Source: Candidatus Margulisiibacteriota bacterium (GTDB lineage Bacteria; Margulisbacteria; WOR-1; O2-12-FULL-45-9). From it: a DNA stretch of 17,131 nt. Both the position numbers and the translations under genes were made by a program. The first letter of the stretch is position 1. Each line of letters starts with the position of its first letter. The notes beneath the pieces are model-generated. The model did no database searches. It had not been told where the DNA came from and worked only from the letters and a program-made list of their open reading frames with translations. The stretch is from assembly GCA_034723395.1 (NCBI GenBank), contig JAYEOW010000015.1:1-17131 (forward strand). Direction: 5' to 3'. This document shows positions 8,175 to 17,004 of this stretch, in pieces.

Positions 8175-8234
8175 ATATCAGAACATTTTGTTCTAATGTC
8201 AGAACATTGTATCCTGATTTTTAGAACATTTCAA
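8168..8234 (-). promoter_or_regulatory. Sigma70 promoter TTGAAA-N17-TACAAT overlapped by repeated operator-like sites
   Basis: -35 at 8234-8229 and -10 at 8211-8206. AGAACATT occurs at 8180, 8201 and 8223; palindrome TGTTCT-N6-AGAACA at 8189-8206. Confidence 0.7.
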
Positions 8235-8356
8235 GCACATCCGGGCACTCTTGCCTCGTCGCTTTGGATCCCATAGTTACTACTACTCCGCTTGGCAGCG
8301 TAGGCGGCTGAAATAACTAAACATATTAAGATAAATATTAACAGCTTATTTTTCAT
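8231..8356 (-). pseudogene. Truncated second copy of the 5' end of the FN3/DUF11-like gene (41 aa)
   Basis: MKNKLLIFILICLVISAAYAAKRSSSNYGIQSD vs MKNRWLIFLIALLSMTAAYAAKRSSSNYGIQSD; 8259-8310 matches 7080-7131 at 46/52 nt. Confidence 0.8.
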
Positions 8357-8365
8357 TATATTTAT

Positions 8366-8893
8366 TAAATCCAAATTAAAAAATCCAAAATCCCAACAAT
8401 GTGTCGCCTTCCTCCTTCGCTCTACGAGCTTCGGAGGACAAGTCGGCGACAAATTATTATATTTCATTTAACTTTTTCAACTATCGAGCTCAATATTTTT
8501 ATTAATTCATTACATTCTGAAAGAAGAATCTTTGCTTTTTCAATATTCGCAGTATTGTTAAGTAATTTGGCATCGATAGTCAATCGAAGCCAATAAGCAG
8601 TTTCTTTGGCTTCATTTCGAGCAATGGTAGTCTTGTTACCGAATTCTTTTCTGCTCCTGGCGCCGTCAGCTTCTTCTACATTCGCTCCGATGGAAGTCCC
8701 GGACCGAATGATCTGCCTTCCAATATCCCTGATCTCTGAATTTCTTAATAAAATTCGGCTAAACTTCACCATCTCAAGCGCAAATCGATAAGTCCTATCT
8801 TTAATATCGTATTTTTTTGTCATATAAATTAAATTCCGAGCGCAAGTGAGGGATACCTTGTTTAGATTTTGACATTTGGATTTTGGATTTCAT
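8366..8893 (-). mobile_element. Heptamer-arm cassette, copy 3, carrying a four-helix-bundle gene and a REP-like insert
   Basis: Same arms as copy 2; the hairpin loop is expanded by CCTCCTTCGCTCTACGAGCTTCGGAGGACAAGT. Confidence 0.75.
8464..8823 (-). CDS. Four-helix-bundle protein, paralog of 4671..5030
   Basis: 119 aa with 8 substitutions relative to the 4671..5030 protein, all in the C-terminal third. Confidence 0.92.
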   Translation of the reverse strand: MTKKYDIKDRTYRFALEMVKFSRILLRNSEIRDIGRQIIRSGTSIGANVEEADGARSRKEFGNKTTIARNEAKETAYWLRLTIDAKLLNNTANIEKAKILLSECNELIKILSSIVEKVK

Positions 8894-8914
8894 GTAATCC
8901 TCCACAATCCCTCA

Positions 8915-8947
8915 TTAGGCATTAAAAAACAGCCATCTATTTTTCAC
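8915..8947 (-). pseudogene. Third, very short remnant of the same gene start (MKNRWLFFNA*)
   Basis: 8931-8946 is identical to 7161-7176 (AGCCATCTATTTTTCA). Its GTG lies 10 nt after the stop codon of the giant gene. Confidence 0.55.
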
Positions 8948-8957
8948 GATGTTTTAA

Positions 8958-11900
8958 TTATTGGGTCATTGAGATCGTCTTTAGCTCGATCCGATCAGCC
9001 TTGTTATCAAGCAGCTCGAGAACGGACTCAAGTTTCAACTCAAGTTCTGCAACCTTTGCTTTTAGCTTCTCATTCTCTGACCCCGAAAGCTTAAGTTCCC
9101 TCGATTTTACCGAAGTGGTCAATATCTTTTCGGCCGCTTTGGCGATAACCGGCACCTTTGCCCGGGTCGACTCCTGAACATAAGCTTCGTTCTGTTTATT
9201 AGCAAATTTTTCCCAATTCTCTTTGATCTTTGCCATCTCATAAGCTTTATCGGTGTTCATCGACATTTGCATACCGACCAGTAAATAATTGTCCTCTTGT
9301 ATTTCTTCGGTAAATTCTACCTTTGCAATAAAATAATCTTTCGCTCTCTCAACAATCTCGATCTCACCCTGAGAAGGATCAACCAGGCAGATATTGTAAT
9401 CAGGATTTTCTATATACTTAACATAGTCCTTGTCAATAATAACTTTTACATCACCAGCTTTAGTAAACGGCATCTCACCGGTTAAAGTGATGTTGTTGCC
9501 ATCAACTTCGATGTCCATAAAGGCCTTGTGGGCGTAGATGAGGCCTCTTCTTTTAAGGACATCTAACCGGTCACCCAGGTTCCTGGCATAGGAATCTGCA
9601 TATATCTCGTCCTTTCCGAACTCTACGTGGTGTAGATAACCACCTTGTGTAAACCTTTTATTATCCTTAACCTCTTCAACAATGATAGGATTTTCCAGCG
9701 CCCACTTATCGTGGCGAATACCGGTCACCTGCCACGAGACCTTCATCCCCGGATCCCCTCCAGAGATCTTAAATTTATTACCCTTCACCTCTTCCTTGAT
9801 AAACACATCGGCATAGTTACCAATCGTGGTTAGTTGATACCTAAAATCCTGGTTTAGGGCTTCAAAATATCCGGGCAGTTCGATGACCGCCTCTCCATTA
9901 TCGTTTAGCACAATAACCCCGTCGTAAACGTTCTTCATATCCGGACTTTCGACGAAGCTATGACGCAGAACCTTATTTTCCGGATCTACCGGATGGTCGA
10001 TCAAGAATGTTCCGCCGGCTTTTGTTAGTGTACCATCAACCCATACATTATCCTGGAACTCAGCATCGTCGCTAAAAAAGATATCACTCGCTCCCGTCAT
10101 CCCGTGGCTCATTCCGGTTTCACTGCCAACATAATTGTAATTTCCAATAGGATTATTACCACCAACCCGAATAAGAGAAGTATAGATGCCCTCTCCCCCA
10201 CTAAAGTAGCCACCCCATCCGTCTGGACCTGAAGTAATTCCGTTTACTCCATAGTTCCTATAACCTGCTGTAGCATAACTAGCCCAACCATAAACCCCTC
10301 GACTATATCTCGCCGCTGCCCTTCCATAGATTCCGTAGGTTGTGCCAGTTCCAGTATTACTTTCGTAGCCATAGACCCCATAACCAGAGGCCCCAAGAGC
10401 CCGGAAATATCCGCCGTAATTTGTACTGGCACTATCTGATGCATAGCCATAAACTCCTCTTCCATAATCACCCTGTGCAACAAAATATCCGCCGTAATTT
10501 GTAACGGCAGCTGTATCCGATGCCCAGCCAAAAATTCCCCTTCCAGAATCACCACACGCGCGGAAATATCCGCCATAATTTGTAACGGCGGCTGTATCTG
10601 ACGCACACCCATATGCCCCTATACCGGAATCAGTTGCTGAGTGAAAATATCCACCAATACCGGTACCCGCGCCGGTATTGGTAGTAGTGCCATATACCCC
10701 TCGGCCAGCTGACGAAGCATTGCTAAAGTAACCGCCGTAAGTTGTTCCGGAAATTGCGTATGCGTTAGCATAGACACCCCAGGTGCTCCCACCCAACAGA
10801 CCGCGAGAAACGGCTGTCCCTCCTGCAGGATATCCCGCAACTCCCCATGATCCGCCAATTTCTCCATGAGTTCCACTCGCCTCATTCGTCGCAAATACCG
10901 CAGTTCCGGTCGATCCCCGTGATCTAAAATATCCGCCGTAATTCGTTCCCGCCCCGGAATTGGCTGCGTAACCATAGACTGCTTTCGCGTCAGAGAGACC
11001 GGCAACCTGCCCATAAACACCATAATCTGAATCTGAATAACCCATTACCCCATAATTAGACCCACCTAATCTCCCATACTTATTTACATCATATCGCCCA
11101 TGAACACCATAACTTGCCGATCCTATATATCCCCACTTATTACCGTCAGGGGATACACCATAAACACCATAACTTGGCCCCCCCACATATCCGGAATATC
11201 CGCTCCCCTCATTCGTCGCGAACAGACTATAACCGGAGGAATCTGTGGTTTTAAAATACCCGCCGTACTTACTGCCACTAGCTTCAATCCCCCGGCCGTA
11301 CTCGTAAGTATCATCCCAAAATGCTAGTCTCGCATAGCTGCCGGTGTCCGGATGATAAAAATAACTGCCTTTATATGAACTTCCAGCTAAATAAGCCTCG
11401 CTTACAGGAGACTGCATTCTATTCAACGCGTACAGGCCGTAGCCCGCGGTGCTATCGGTACCAAAATACCCTCCGTAATTGGTGCCGCTCTCCGCGGTGG
11501 CGTATCCATAAACCCCATAGCCGCCTGAGTTAGAGGTAATCGCGGAAACCCCGCGAGCGGAATCAACGCTTAGAGTCAGCGTCCCCGTCATCGTATCGCC
11601 GGCCTTGAGAACATAGGCGCCGAGATCTCCGGAGGTCGCGACCCCCGTCAAATTCGACCCATCGCCGTACAATGTAGTTGCGGTCATCGATCCAGACACA
11701 TTTACCGGACCGTTGAAATATCCAGCCCAGTTCGGAGTAGCTAATTGAGCATAATTATCATGGGTTTCAGTCGTTGCGACCAATCCTACACCATCCCCGT
11801 ATCCTACGGCAAAATATCCACCAACACCAGAATCTCCATTACTATAGCCATATACTCCCCGCCCCGCGTCAGCATGCGATGAAAAATAACCGCCAATGGC

Positions 11901-14900
11901 TGTCCCTTCGCCAGTAGTAGCATGTCCTTTTACCGCAATTCCCGATCCAAGGCCAGCAGAGCCATAAACTCCAGCGTTTAGACCACCTAATTGGCCATAT
12001 CGATAAGAATTTACCCCTTCTCCATGAACAGCAACCGAACTACCGCCGTTTGACCTAAAAAATCCGCCATAGTTTGTCGATCCCGAAGCGGGCGATTCGG
12101 CAGAAATAGCTGCCCCGGTAGAATTGGTAGCCTTTACCCAGATCGCATACGGCTGCGTAGCTTCAGTCTGCATAGCCGAAGGGCCAAGCTCTACATAATC
12201 TCCACCCGCACCGCCGGTCGGTACCCCCGTCAAATTCGACCCATCGCCGTACAATGTAGTTGCGGTCATAGAACCAGAAACATTTACCGGCCCCTCGAAA
12301 TACCCAGCCCAATTCCCAGTCCCCAGCTGTGCGTAATATCCATCTCCGCCAGATGCTTCATTGGTTACTCCCAATCCTATACCATCGGAGCTTTTTACTA
12401 CAAAATATCCGCCATGGGTCGCTCCCGTAGTCGAATATGCCGTCACATGCACTCCGTACCCAAGCGTCCCCATCGCGTAAAACTCGCCGCCGTAATGCTC
12501 AACAGCTCCGGAGTTGGTAGCTTGGCCAACAACCCCCCTTCCCCCAGCCCCGCTGGACGCCCCAATCAACCCTGCCCCGTCCGAAGAACTTGAATTTCCC
12601 TTAACACCCGCCGTCGGACCAACCCCATAAAGACCAATATGTGTCGAATTGCCCCAAACTCCTAAACCATTTGTCCCCGTGGCGTTTGCGTAGACCGCAT
12701 GTCCATTTTGCCCGTTAGCTTGAAAATAACCGCCGTATTTTGTTCCTAAATTAGCGTTGGAAGCGATCCCATAAACCGCTCGACCTTCGGTAGACGAATT
12801 TAGCGCCCTTATCGAATAAACTGAGGATGTATCTACGGTCAGCACTCCCGTCATCGTATCGCCCGTTTTAAGGACGTAGTCGCCCAGATCTCCCGAAGTC
12901 GCAACTCCAGTTAAATTCGATCCGTCGCCGTAAAAACCGGCCGTTGCGGTCATCGATCCCACAACATTCACCGGCCCTTCAAAATAACCGGCATAAGTAG
13001 GAGTAGCCAAAGAAGCTCCCATACCACTCCCCTCGCTGGTAGCATATAATCCGATGCTATCATCACTCGTCGAGTAAAAATATCCGGCATAGTTTGTTCC
13101 TTCGTTTGAGCCTGAATAAGAATACACGCCGTAACCGCTCGGGCTGTAGGTCTCAAAGTAACCACCCCCCCCCGACCCCGCGCCCGAATCATTCGCGGCA
13201 TAAATACCATATCCATTGTCACTCGAAGAAGTAAATTTTCCTCCATAGGTGGCTTTGCTGCCTATATACGTCGCCTTAGCTTCTATGCCATAATCGGTCC
13301 CCTCCACATTTATGGCGTGTATTCCTCCCGTCTGCGCTCCACCGGGTCCCAGCTTCACATAACCCGACAACTCAGGCGCTTCCAGAGTACCGGTGATGTT
13401 CACCGGCCCCTCAAAATATCCGGCATAGTCGTTTCTCGCCAGCTGGGCATAATATCCATTGCCTCCTGCCGCTTCGCTGCTTGCCAACAGGCCCATCCCA
13501 TCCGTGCTGCTGGTGCGAAATCGACCGCCGTAATTGGTACCTTCCGTTGAGATCGCAAAACCACACACTCCGGTCCCATCATCGGCATTGGACTGAAAAT
13601 ATCCGCCCATACCTCCACCGCTACTGCCTAGATGCTCACCGACTACTCCATATCCCGATCCCGCCACCGACGTGAAGTATCCCCCGAAGGTAGACTTCGA
13701 GGTTGCAGTCGCTAAACCCTTTACCCCGGTATTGTCCCCCATTCCGTAGACCCCTACCCCTCCAAAGGATCCGGTCGATTCGGCAGAAATCCCGTATCCA
13801 GAACCATTTGTCGTCTTTATCCGGATCGCGTATAAGTCGGAAGTCTCAACCGTTAACGTCCCGATCATCGTATCGCCCGCTTTGAGGACGTAGAGATCAT
13901 CCGCCGCTTCCTGGGTTAAAAATTCACTGGCATGCTTGCCGTCCACCATGTCGGCGTTAAGATTGGCAACTACGGTTGTTGAAGAAATTTGGAAAGGTGC
14001 TGTTCCGGTTTCAACCGTCGAAATAATCTGCGCTCCAGTCGTCAATACCCCCGTCATCGTATCGCCGGTGTCTTTTACAAAACCGGAAATATCTCCCGCC
14101 GAAAGCGTCCCCGTAATATTCACCGGTCCGTTGAAATAACCCGCCCAGTTGGGATCTGCGAATTTAGCGTAATGGTGAATGCCGGTCCCTTCGTTGGTAA
14201 CCAGCAAACCGGTGCCCTGCCAACTGCGTGTCACGATATAGCCGCCATAATTAAATCCCGTAGTTCCGTTGGCCTTCGCGTATAAACCTATGCCGGAGAG
14301 GCCCCCGCCTATAAACTGTCCGCCATAGTTATGAGAACTGGACCCATAGACCCCCGCCCCCTGCGTCCCAGCAGAAGTAAAATGGCCGCCATGGTTGGTG
14401 TTACCCGACGCATTGCTGGCGTTCCCGTAAACCGCGTAGCCATTAATTCCCGCCGCACTAAATCGTCCTCCATAATTCGTAGAGGAAGTAGTATCAGTCG
14501 CCGCTCCGTAAACCCCGATAGAAATAGCCCCTCCGGTGGAAACTCCGTAGACCCCGTAACTGCTGTCCCCTCCGGCACTCCCATAAAGCCCATGCGAGCT
14601 GACCGCCCCCGACTCTCCATAAACACCGTATGAACTGGCGTTGTTTGAACGGCCGTAAACTCCATAAACCGTTCCTTCTCCGCGAACGCCCGCATTATTC
14701 GCCCCGTCTCCCAGCGTTCCCTTTTCCCCGTTGACGCTTCTTCCAAATACCGCGGTCCCGTCGGCTGAAGCCTCGGCTGATACCACATAACCAGGACTGC
14801 CCGCCGCCTGCACCCAGATCGCGTTATTCCCGGAAGCAGTTTGTTTTGATACCGGCTCAAACTCCACATACTTGCCCTCTAAACTTGTCCCATCATCATA

Positions 14901-16958
14901 GTAATACGAGGAAGCGGTCATCGATCCTACAACATTCACCGGCCCCTCAAAATATCCGGCCCAGTCGGGAGTTGCCAAAGACGCAGCCAAAGTGCTCCCT
15001 TCGCTGGTGGCATATAAACCCGTCCCTAAGCTGCTTTTGGTTACAAAAAAACCGCCAAAGTTTGCAGCCGCCCCCGCAGCCTCGGCAGAAATCCCCTTTG
15101 CCCCGGCGCTGTTTCCTTTTGCCACAAAGTAGCCGCCCACGTTCGCGGCCGAGCCGATCGAATCTCCTACGCCATAAACGCCGACCCCTGAACTACCATC
15201 CGCCCTAAAATATCCGCCGTAGTTAGCGCCGACATTATTATTGGCGAAGCCGTATACGCCGCGGCCCCGCTGCCCTTCCACCTGGAAATATCCCCCGTAA
15301 TTCTCAAAATCGCCAGTATTGGTGGCCTGCCCATCAACTGCGTGCGCTGTTCCTTCACCTGTCACTTCGCTCTGAAGCCCAATTCCGCCAGAGCCCTCTG
15401 TATAAGCCTGGATTCCAATGCTTGCGCCCTCACCCCGCACGCCCGGCCCGGTCCTTCCAAGATAAGCTTTTGAAGAACCGACCTCCACCGTCAATGCTCC
15501 ATCCATCTCATCGCCCGTTTTAAGGACGTAGTCGCCCAGATCTCCCGAAGTCGCAACTCCAGTTAAATTCGATCCATCGCCGTGGAAAGTTGTCGCTGTC
15601 ATCGAACCAGAAACATTTACCGGCCCATTAAAATATCCGGCCCAGGAGGGGGTAGCAAGCTCAGCATAATATCCGTTGCCCGAATAACTCCCGCCTTCGC
15701 TGGTTGCGACAAGACCTTTGCCGGCCGAGCTCCTGGTTATGAATTCTCCTCCGTAAGTCGCCGCGGATTCGTCGGTCGCCAGACCTCTAACGGCGGTCCC
15801 CGTACCAGCACGGGCTTCCATGCCATATTTTCCGCCCTGTGCCCAAACGCCCCAACCACTACCGCTCTGGCTTACAAAATTACCGGCAAGAGTCTCATCC
15901 TCGCCGCTCATAGTCACTTTGATCCCCGACGCTCCTCCCTGCGTGTTTTGGATCCAGATCGCTTTACTCGCAGAAACCGTCTGCTCGGAGGTAGGCGCAA
16001 GCTTTACGTAACTGCCTTCTGTCGCAACATTGCTCAGGTACTGCCCGTCGCCGTAAAACGCATCCGTATAGATCGACGATGTAGCCGTTAATGTTCCGAC
16101 AACATTCACCGGACCGTTAAAATATCCCGCCCAGCCGCCGGCGGTATTTTGGGAATACAAACCGTAACCGGAAGGACTATTAGATCGGAAATATCCGCCA
16201 TAGGTTGTTCCGGATCCGGAAGTTGCCCACCCCCAAACCGCCCTGGCAGAGTTGGGTGAATTCGTGATCGCTTTTATTCCACCACCGGTGGTACCGGAAT
16301 GATCAAAATAACCGGCATAACTTTCATCTCCGCCGTCGGATTTAGCATATATACCTTTGCCTGTTTCCCCATGCGAATAAAAGTACCCTCCGATTCCCCC
16401 ACCATCATACTTGCTTGCTGCGCCATAAACCGCGGTCCCGCCATTATCAGTTGCCTCAGCCGAAATCGCCAGCGCAGATGCCCCAACCGTCAACGTCCCC
16501 GTCATCTCATCGCCCGCTTTGAGGACGTAATCGCCGCCAGTCGCCGGCGCAAAATAACTGCTGTCGTGGCCATCAAGAAGATCCGAATTAAATGCATAAC
16601 CGGAAGGGACAACTCTCTGCCGCGGGGTCATCTCACCATCAGCATCAACATTTATCCCTAAATAGATCGCCTCACGAGTAAAATCGGTGGCCGAAAGCGG
16701 AGTAACCGAACCTAGAAGAACATTGAAGAAGCCGCTTTCGGTCGAAACCGTCTGCGTCTCTGTCCAGAAATACGTGCCGCCAGAAGCGACACTGTATAAT
16801 TTAAACACAAAAGAATAATTCCCATCGTCTTTAGGCACATTACTCGCGTCGGTGAGCTTACCCTGATAGTTCATCAGCGTTGGGACCGCGAATGCTATTC
16901 CCCCTATTAGAATTAGACAAACTACCAGAAACAGGCCGATTCTGATCTTTTTAAACAT
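8958..16958 (-). CDS. Giant secreted Gly/Ser/Thr/Tyr-rich repetitive fibre/adhesin-like protein (2666 aa)
   Basis: SD AAGGAGG; signal peptide then VPTLMNYQGKLTD...WTETQTV...GFFNVLLG...EMTPRQR domain; many GVYG/NYGGYF beta-repeats; YVLKxGDxMTG fibre motifs; C-terminal KAGGTFLIDHPVDPENKVLRHSFVESPDMKNVYDG domain and coiled coil. Confidence 0.85.
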   Translation of the reverse strand: MFKKIRIGLFLVVCLILIGGIAFAVPTLMNYQGKLTDASNVPKDDGNYSFVFKLYSVASGGTYFWTETQTVSTESGFFNVLLGSVTPLSATDFTREAIYLGINVDADGEMTPRQRVVPSGYAFNSDLLDGHDSSYFAPATGGDYVLKAGDEMTGTLTVGASALAISAEATDNGGTAVYGAASKYDGGGIGGYFYSHGETGKGIYAKSDGGDESYAGYFDHSGTTGGGIKAITNSPNSARAVWGWATSGSGTTYGGYFRSNSPSGYGLYSQNTAGGWAGYFNGPVNVVGTLTATSSIYTDAFYGDGQYLSNVATEGSYVKLAPTSEQTVSASKAIWIQNTQGGASGIKVTMSGEDETLAGNFVSQSGSGWGVWAQGGKYGMEARAGTGTAVRGLATDESAATYGGEFITRSSAGKGLVATSEGGSYSGNGYYAELATPSWAGYFNGPVNVSGSMTATTFHGDGSNLTGVATSGDLGDYVLKTGDEMDGALTVEVGSSKAYLGRTGPGVRGEGASIGIQAYTEGSGGIGLQSEVTGEGTAHAVDGQATNTGDFENYGGYFQVEGQRGRGVYGFANNNVGANYGGYFRADGSSGVGVYGVGDSIGSAANVGGYFVAKGNSAGAKGISAEAAGAAANFGGFFVTKSSLGTGLYATSEGSTLAASLATPDWAGYFEGPVNVVGSMTASSYYYDDGTSLEGKYVEFEPVSKQTASGNNAIWVQAAGSPGYVVSAEASADGTAVFGRSVNGEKGTLGDGANNAGVRGEGTVYGVYGRSNNASSYGVYGESGAVSSHGLYGSAGGDSSYGVYGVSTGGAISIGVYGAATDTTSSTNYGGRFSAAGINGYAVYGNASNASGNTNHGGHFTSAGTQGAGVYGSSSHNYGGQFIGGGLSGIGLYAKANGTTGFNYGGYIVTRSWQGTGLLVTNEGTGIHHYAKFADPNWAGYFNGPVNITGTLSAGDISGFVKDTGDTMTGVLTTGAQIISTVETGTAPFQISSTTVVANLNADMVDGKHASEFLTQEAADDLYVLKAGDTMIGTLTVETSDLYAIRIKTTNGSGYGISAESTGSFGGVGVYGMGDNTGVKGLATATSKSTFGGYFTSVAGSGYGVVGEHLGSSGGGMGGYFQSNADDGTGVCGFAISTEGTNYGGRFRTSSTDGMGLLASSEAAGGNGYYAQLARNDYAGYFEGPVNITGTLEAPELSGYVKLGPGGAQTGGIHAINVEGTDYGIEAKATYIGSKATYGGKFTSSSDNGYGIYAANDSGAGSGGGGYFETYSPSGYGVYSYSGSNEGTNYAGYFYSTSDDSIGLYATSEGSGMGASLATPTYAGYFEGPVNVVGSMTATAGFYGDGSNLTGVATSGDLGDYVLKTGDTMTGVLTVDTSSVYSIRALNSSTEGRAVYGIASNANLGTKYGGYFQANGQNGHAVYANATGTNGLGVWGNSTHIGLYGVGPTAGVKGNSSSSDGAGLIGASSGAGGRGVVGQATNSGAVEHYGGEFYAMGTLGYGVHVTAYSTTGATHGGYFVVKSSDGIGLGVTNEASGGDGYYAQLGTGNWAGYFEGPVNVSGSMTATTLYGDGSNLTGVPTGGAGGDYVELGPSAMQTEATQPYAIWVKATNSTGAAISAESPASGSTNYGGFFRSNGGSSVAVHGEGVNSYRYGQLGGLNAGVYGSAGLGSGIAVKGHATTGEGTAIGGYFSSHADAGRGVYGYSNGDSGVGGYFAVGYGDGVGLVATTETHDNYAQLATPNWAGYFNGPVNVSGSMTATTLYGDGSNLTGVATSGDLGAYVLKAGDTMTGTLTLSVDSARGVSAITSNSGGYGVYGYATAESGTNYGGYFGTDSTAGYGLYALNRMQSPVSEAYLAGSSYKGSYFYHPDTGSYARLAFWDDTYEYGRGIEASGSKYGGYFKTTDSSGYSLFATNEGSGYSGYVGGPSYGVYGVSPDGNKWGYIGSASYGVHGRYDVNKYGRLGGSNYGVMGYSDSDYGVYGQVAGLSDAKAVYGYAANSGAGTNYGGYFRSRGSTGTAVFATNEASGTHGEIGGSWGVAGYPAGGTAVSRGLLGGSTWGVYANAYAISGTTYGGYFSNASSAGRGVYGTTTNTGAGTGIGGYFHSATDSGIGAYGCASDTAAVTNYGGYFRACGDSGRGIFGWASDTAAVTNYGGYFVAQGDYGRGVYGYASDSASTNYGGYFRALGASGYGVYGYESNTGTGTTYGIYGRAAARYSRGVYGWASYATAGYRNYGVNGITSGPDGWGGYFSGGEGIYTSLIRVGGNNPIGNYNYVGSETGMSHGMTGASDIFFSDDAEFQDNVWVDGTLTKAGGTFLIDHPVDPENKVLRHSFVESPDMKNVYDGVIVLNDNGEAVIELPGYFEALNQDFRYQLTTIGNYADVFIKEEVKGNKFKISGGDPGMKVSWQVTGIRHDKWALENPIIVEEVKDNKRFTQGGYLHHVEFGKDEIYADSYARNLGDRLDVLKRRGLIYAHKAFMDIEVDGNNITLTGEMPFTKAGDVKVIIDKDYVKYIENPDYNICLVDPSQGEIEIVERAKDYFIAKVEFTEEIQEDNYLLVGMQMSMNTDKAYEMAKIKENWEKFANKQNEAYVQESTRAKVPVIAKAAEKILTTSVKSRELKLSGSENEKLKAKVAELELKLESVLELLDNKADRIELKTISMTQ

Positions 16959-17004
16959 CCAAATCCCTCCTTATTAATAATTCCGAATTCCGAACTTTGG
17001 AACT

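Noticed and set aside
8231..8467. 78-aa ORF MKYNNLSPTCPPKLVERRRKATHCWDFGFFNLDL… (and 16922..17107)
   Set aside because: The shared N-terminal part is a translation of the cassette arm and REP insert. Only the portion from ATG 8356 is homologous to a real gene.
4671..8823. Diversity-generating retroelement (Avd-like genes plus near-identical repeats)
   Set aside because: There is no reverse transcriptase in the window. Differences between the repeat pairs (paralogs, and 7080-7131 vs 8259-8310) are mostly synonymous and not adenine-specific, so they are not TR/VR pairs.
9297..16661. Many 60-190 aa ORFs antisense or out of frame within the giant gene, and similar ones over other genes
   Set aside because: These are shadow ORFs with no motifs, fully overlapping well-supported CDSs.
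8958..16958. Prophage tail-fibre gene
   Set aside because: It has a Sec-type signal peptide and no phage structural, packaging or integrase genes nearby.
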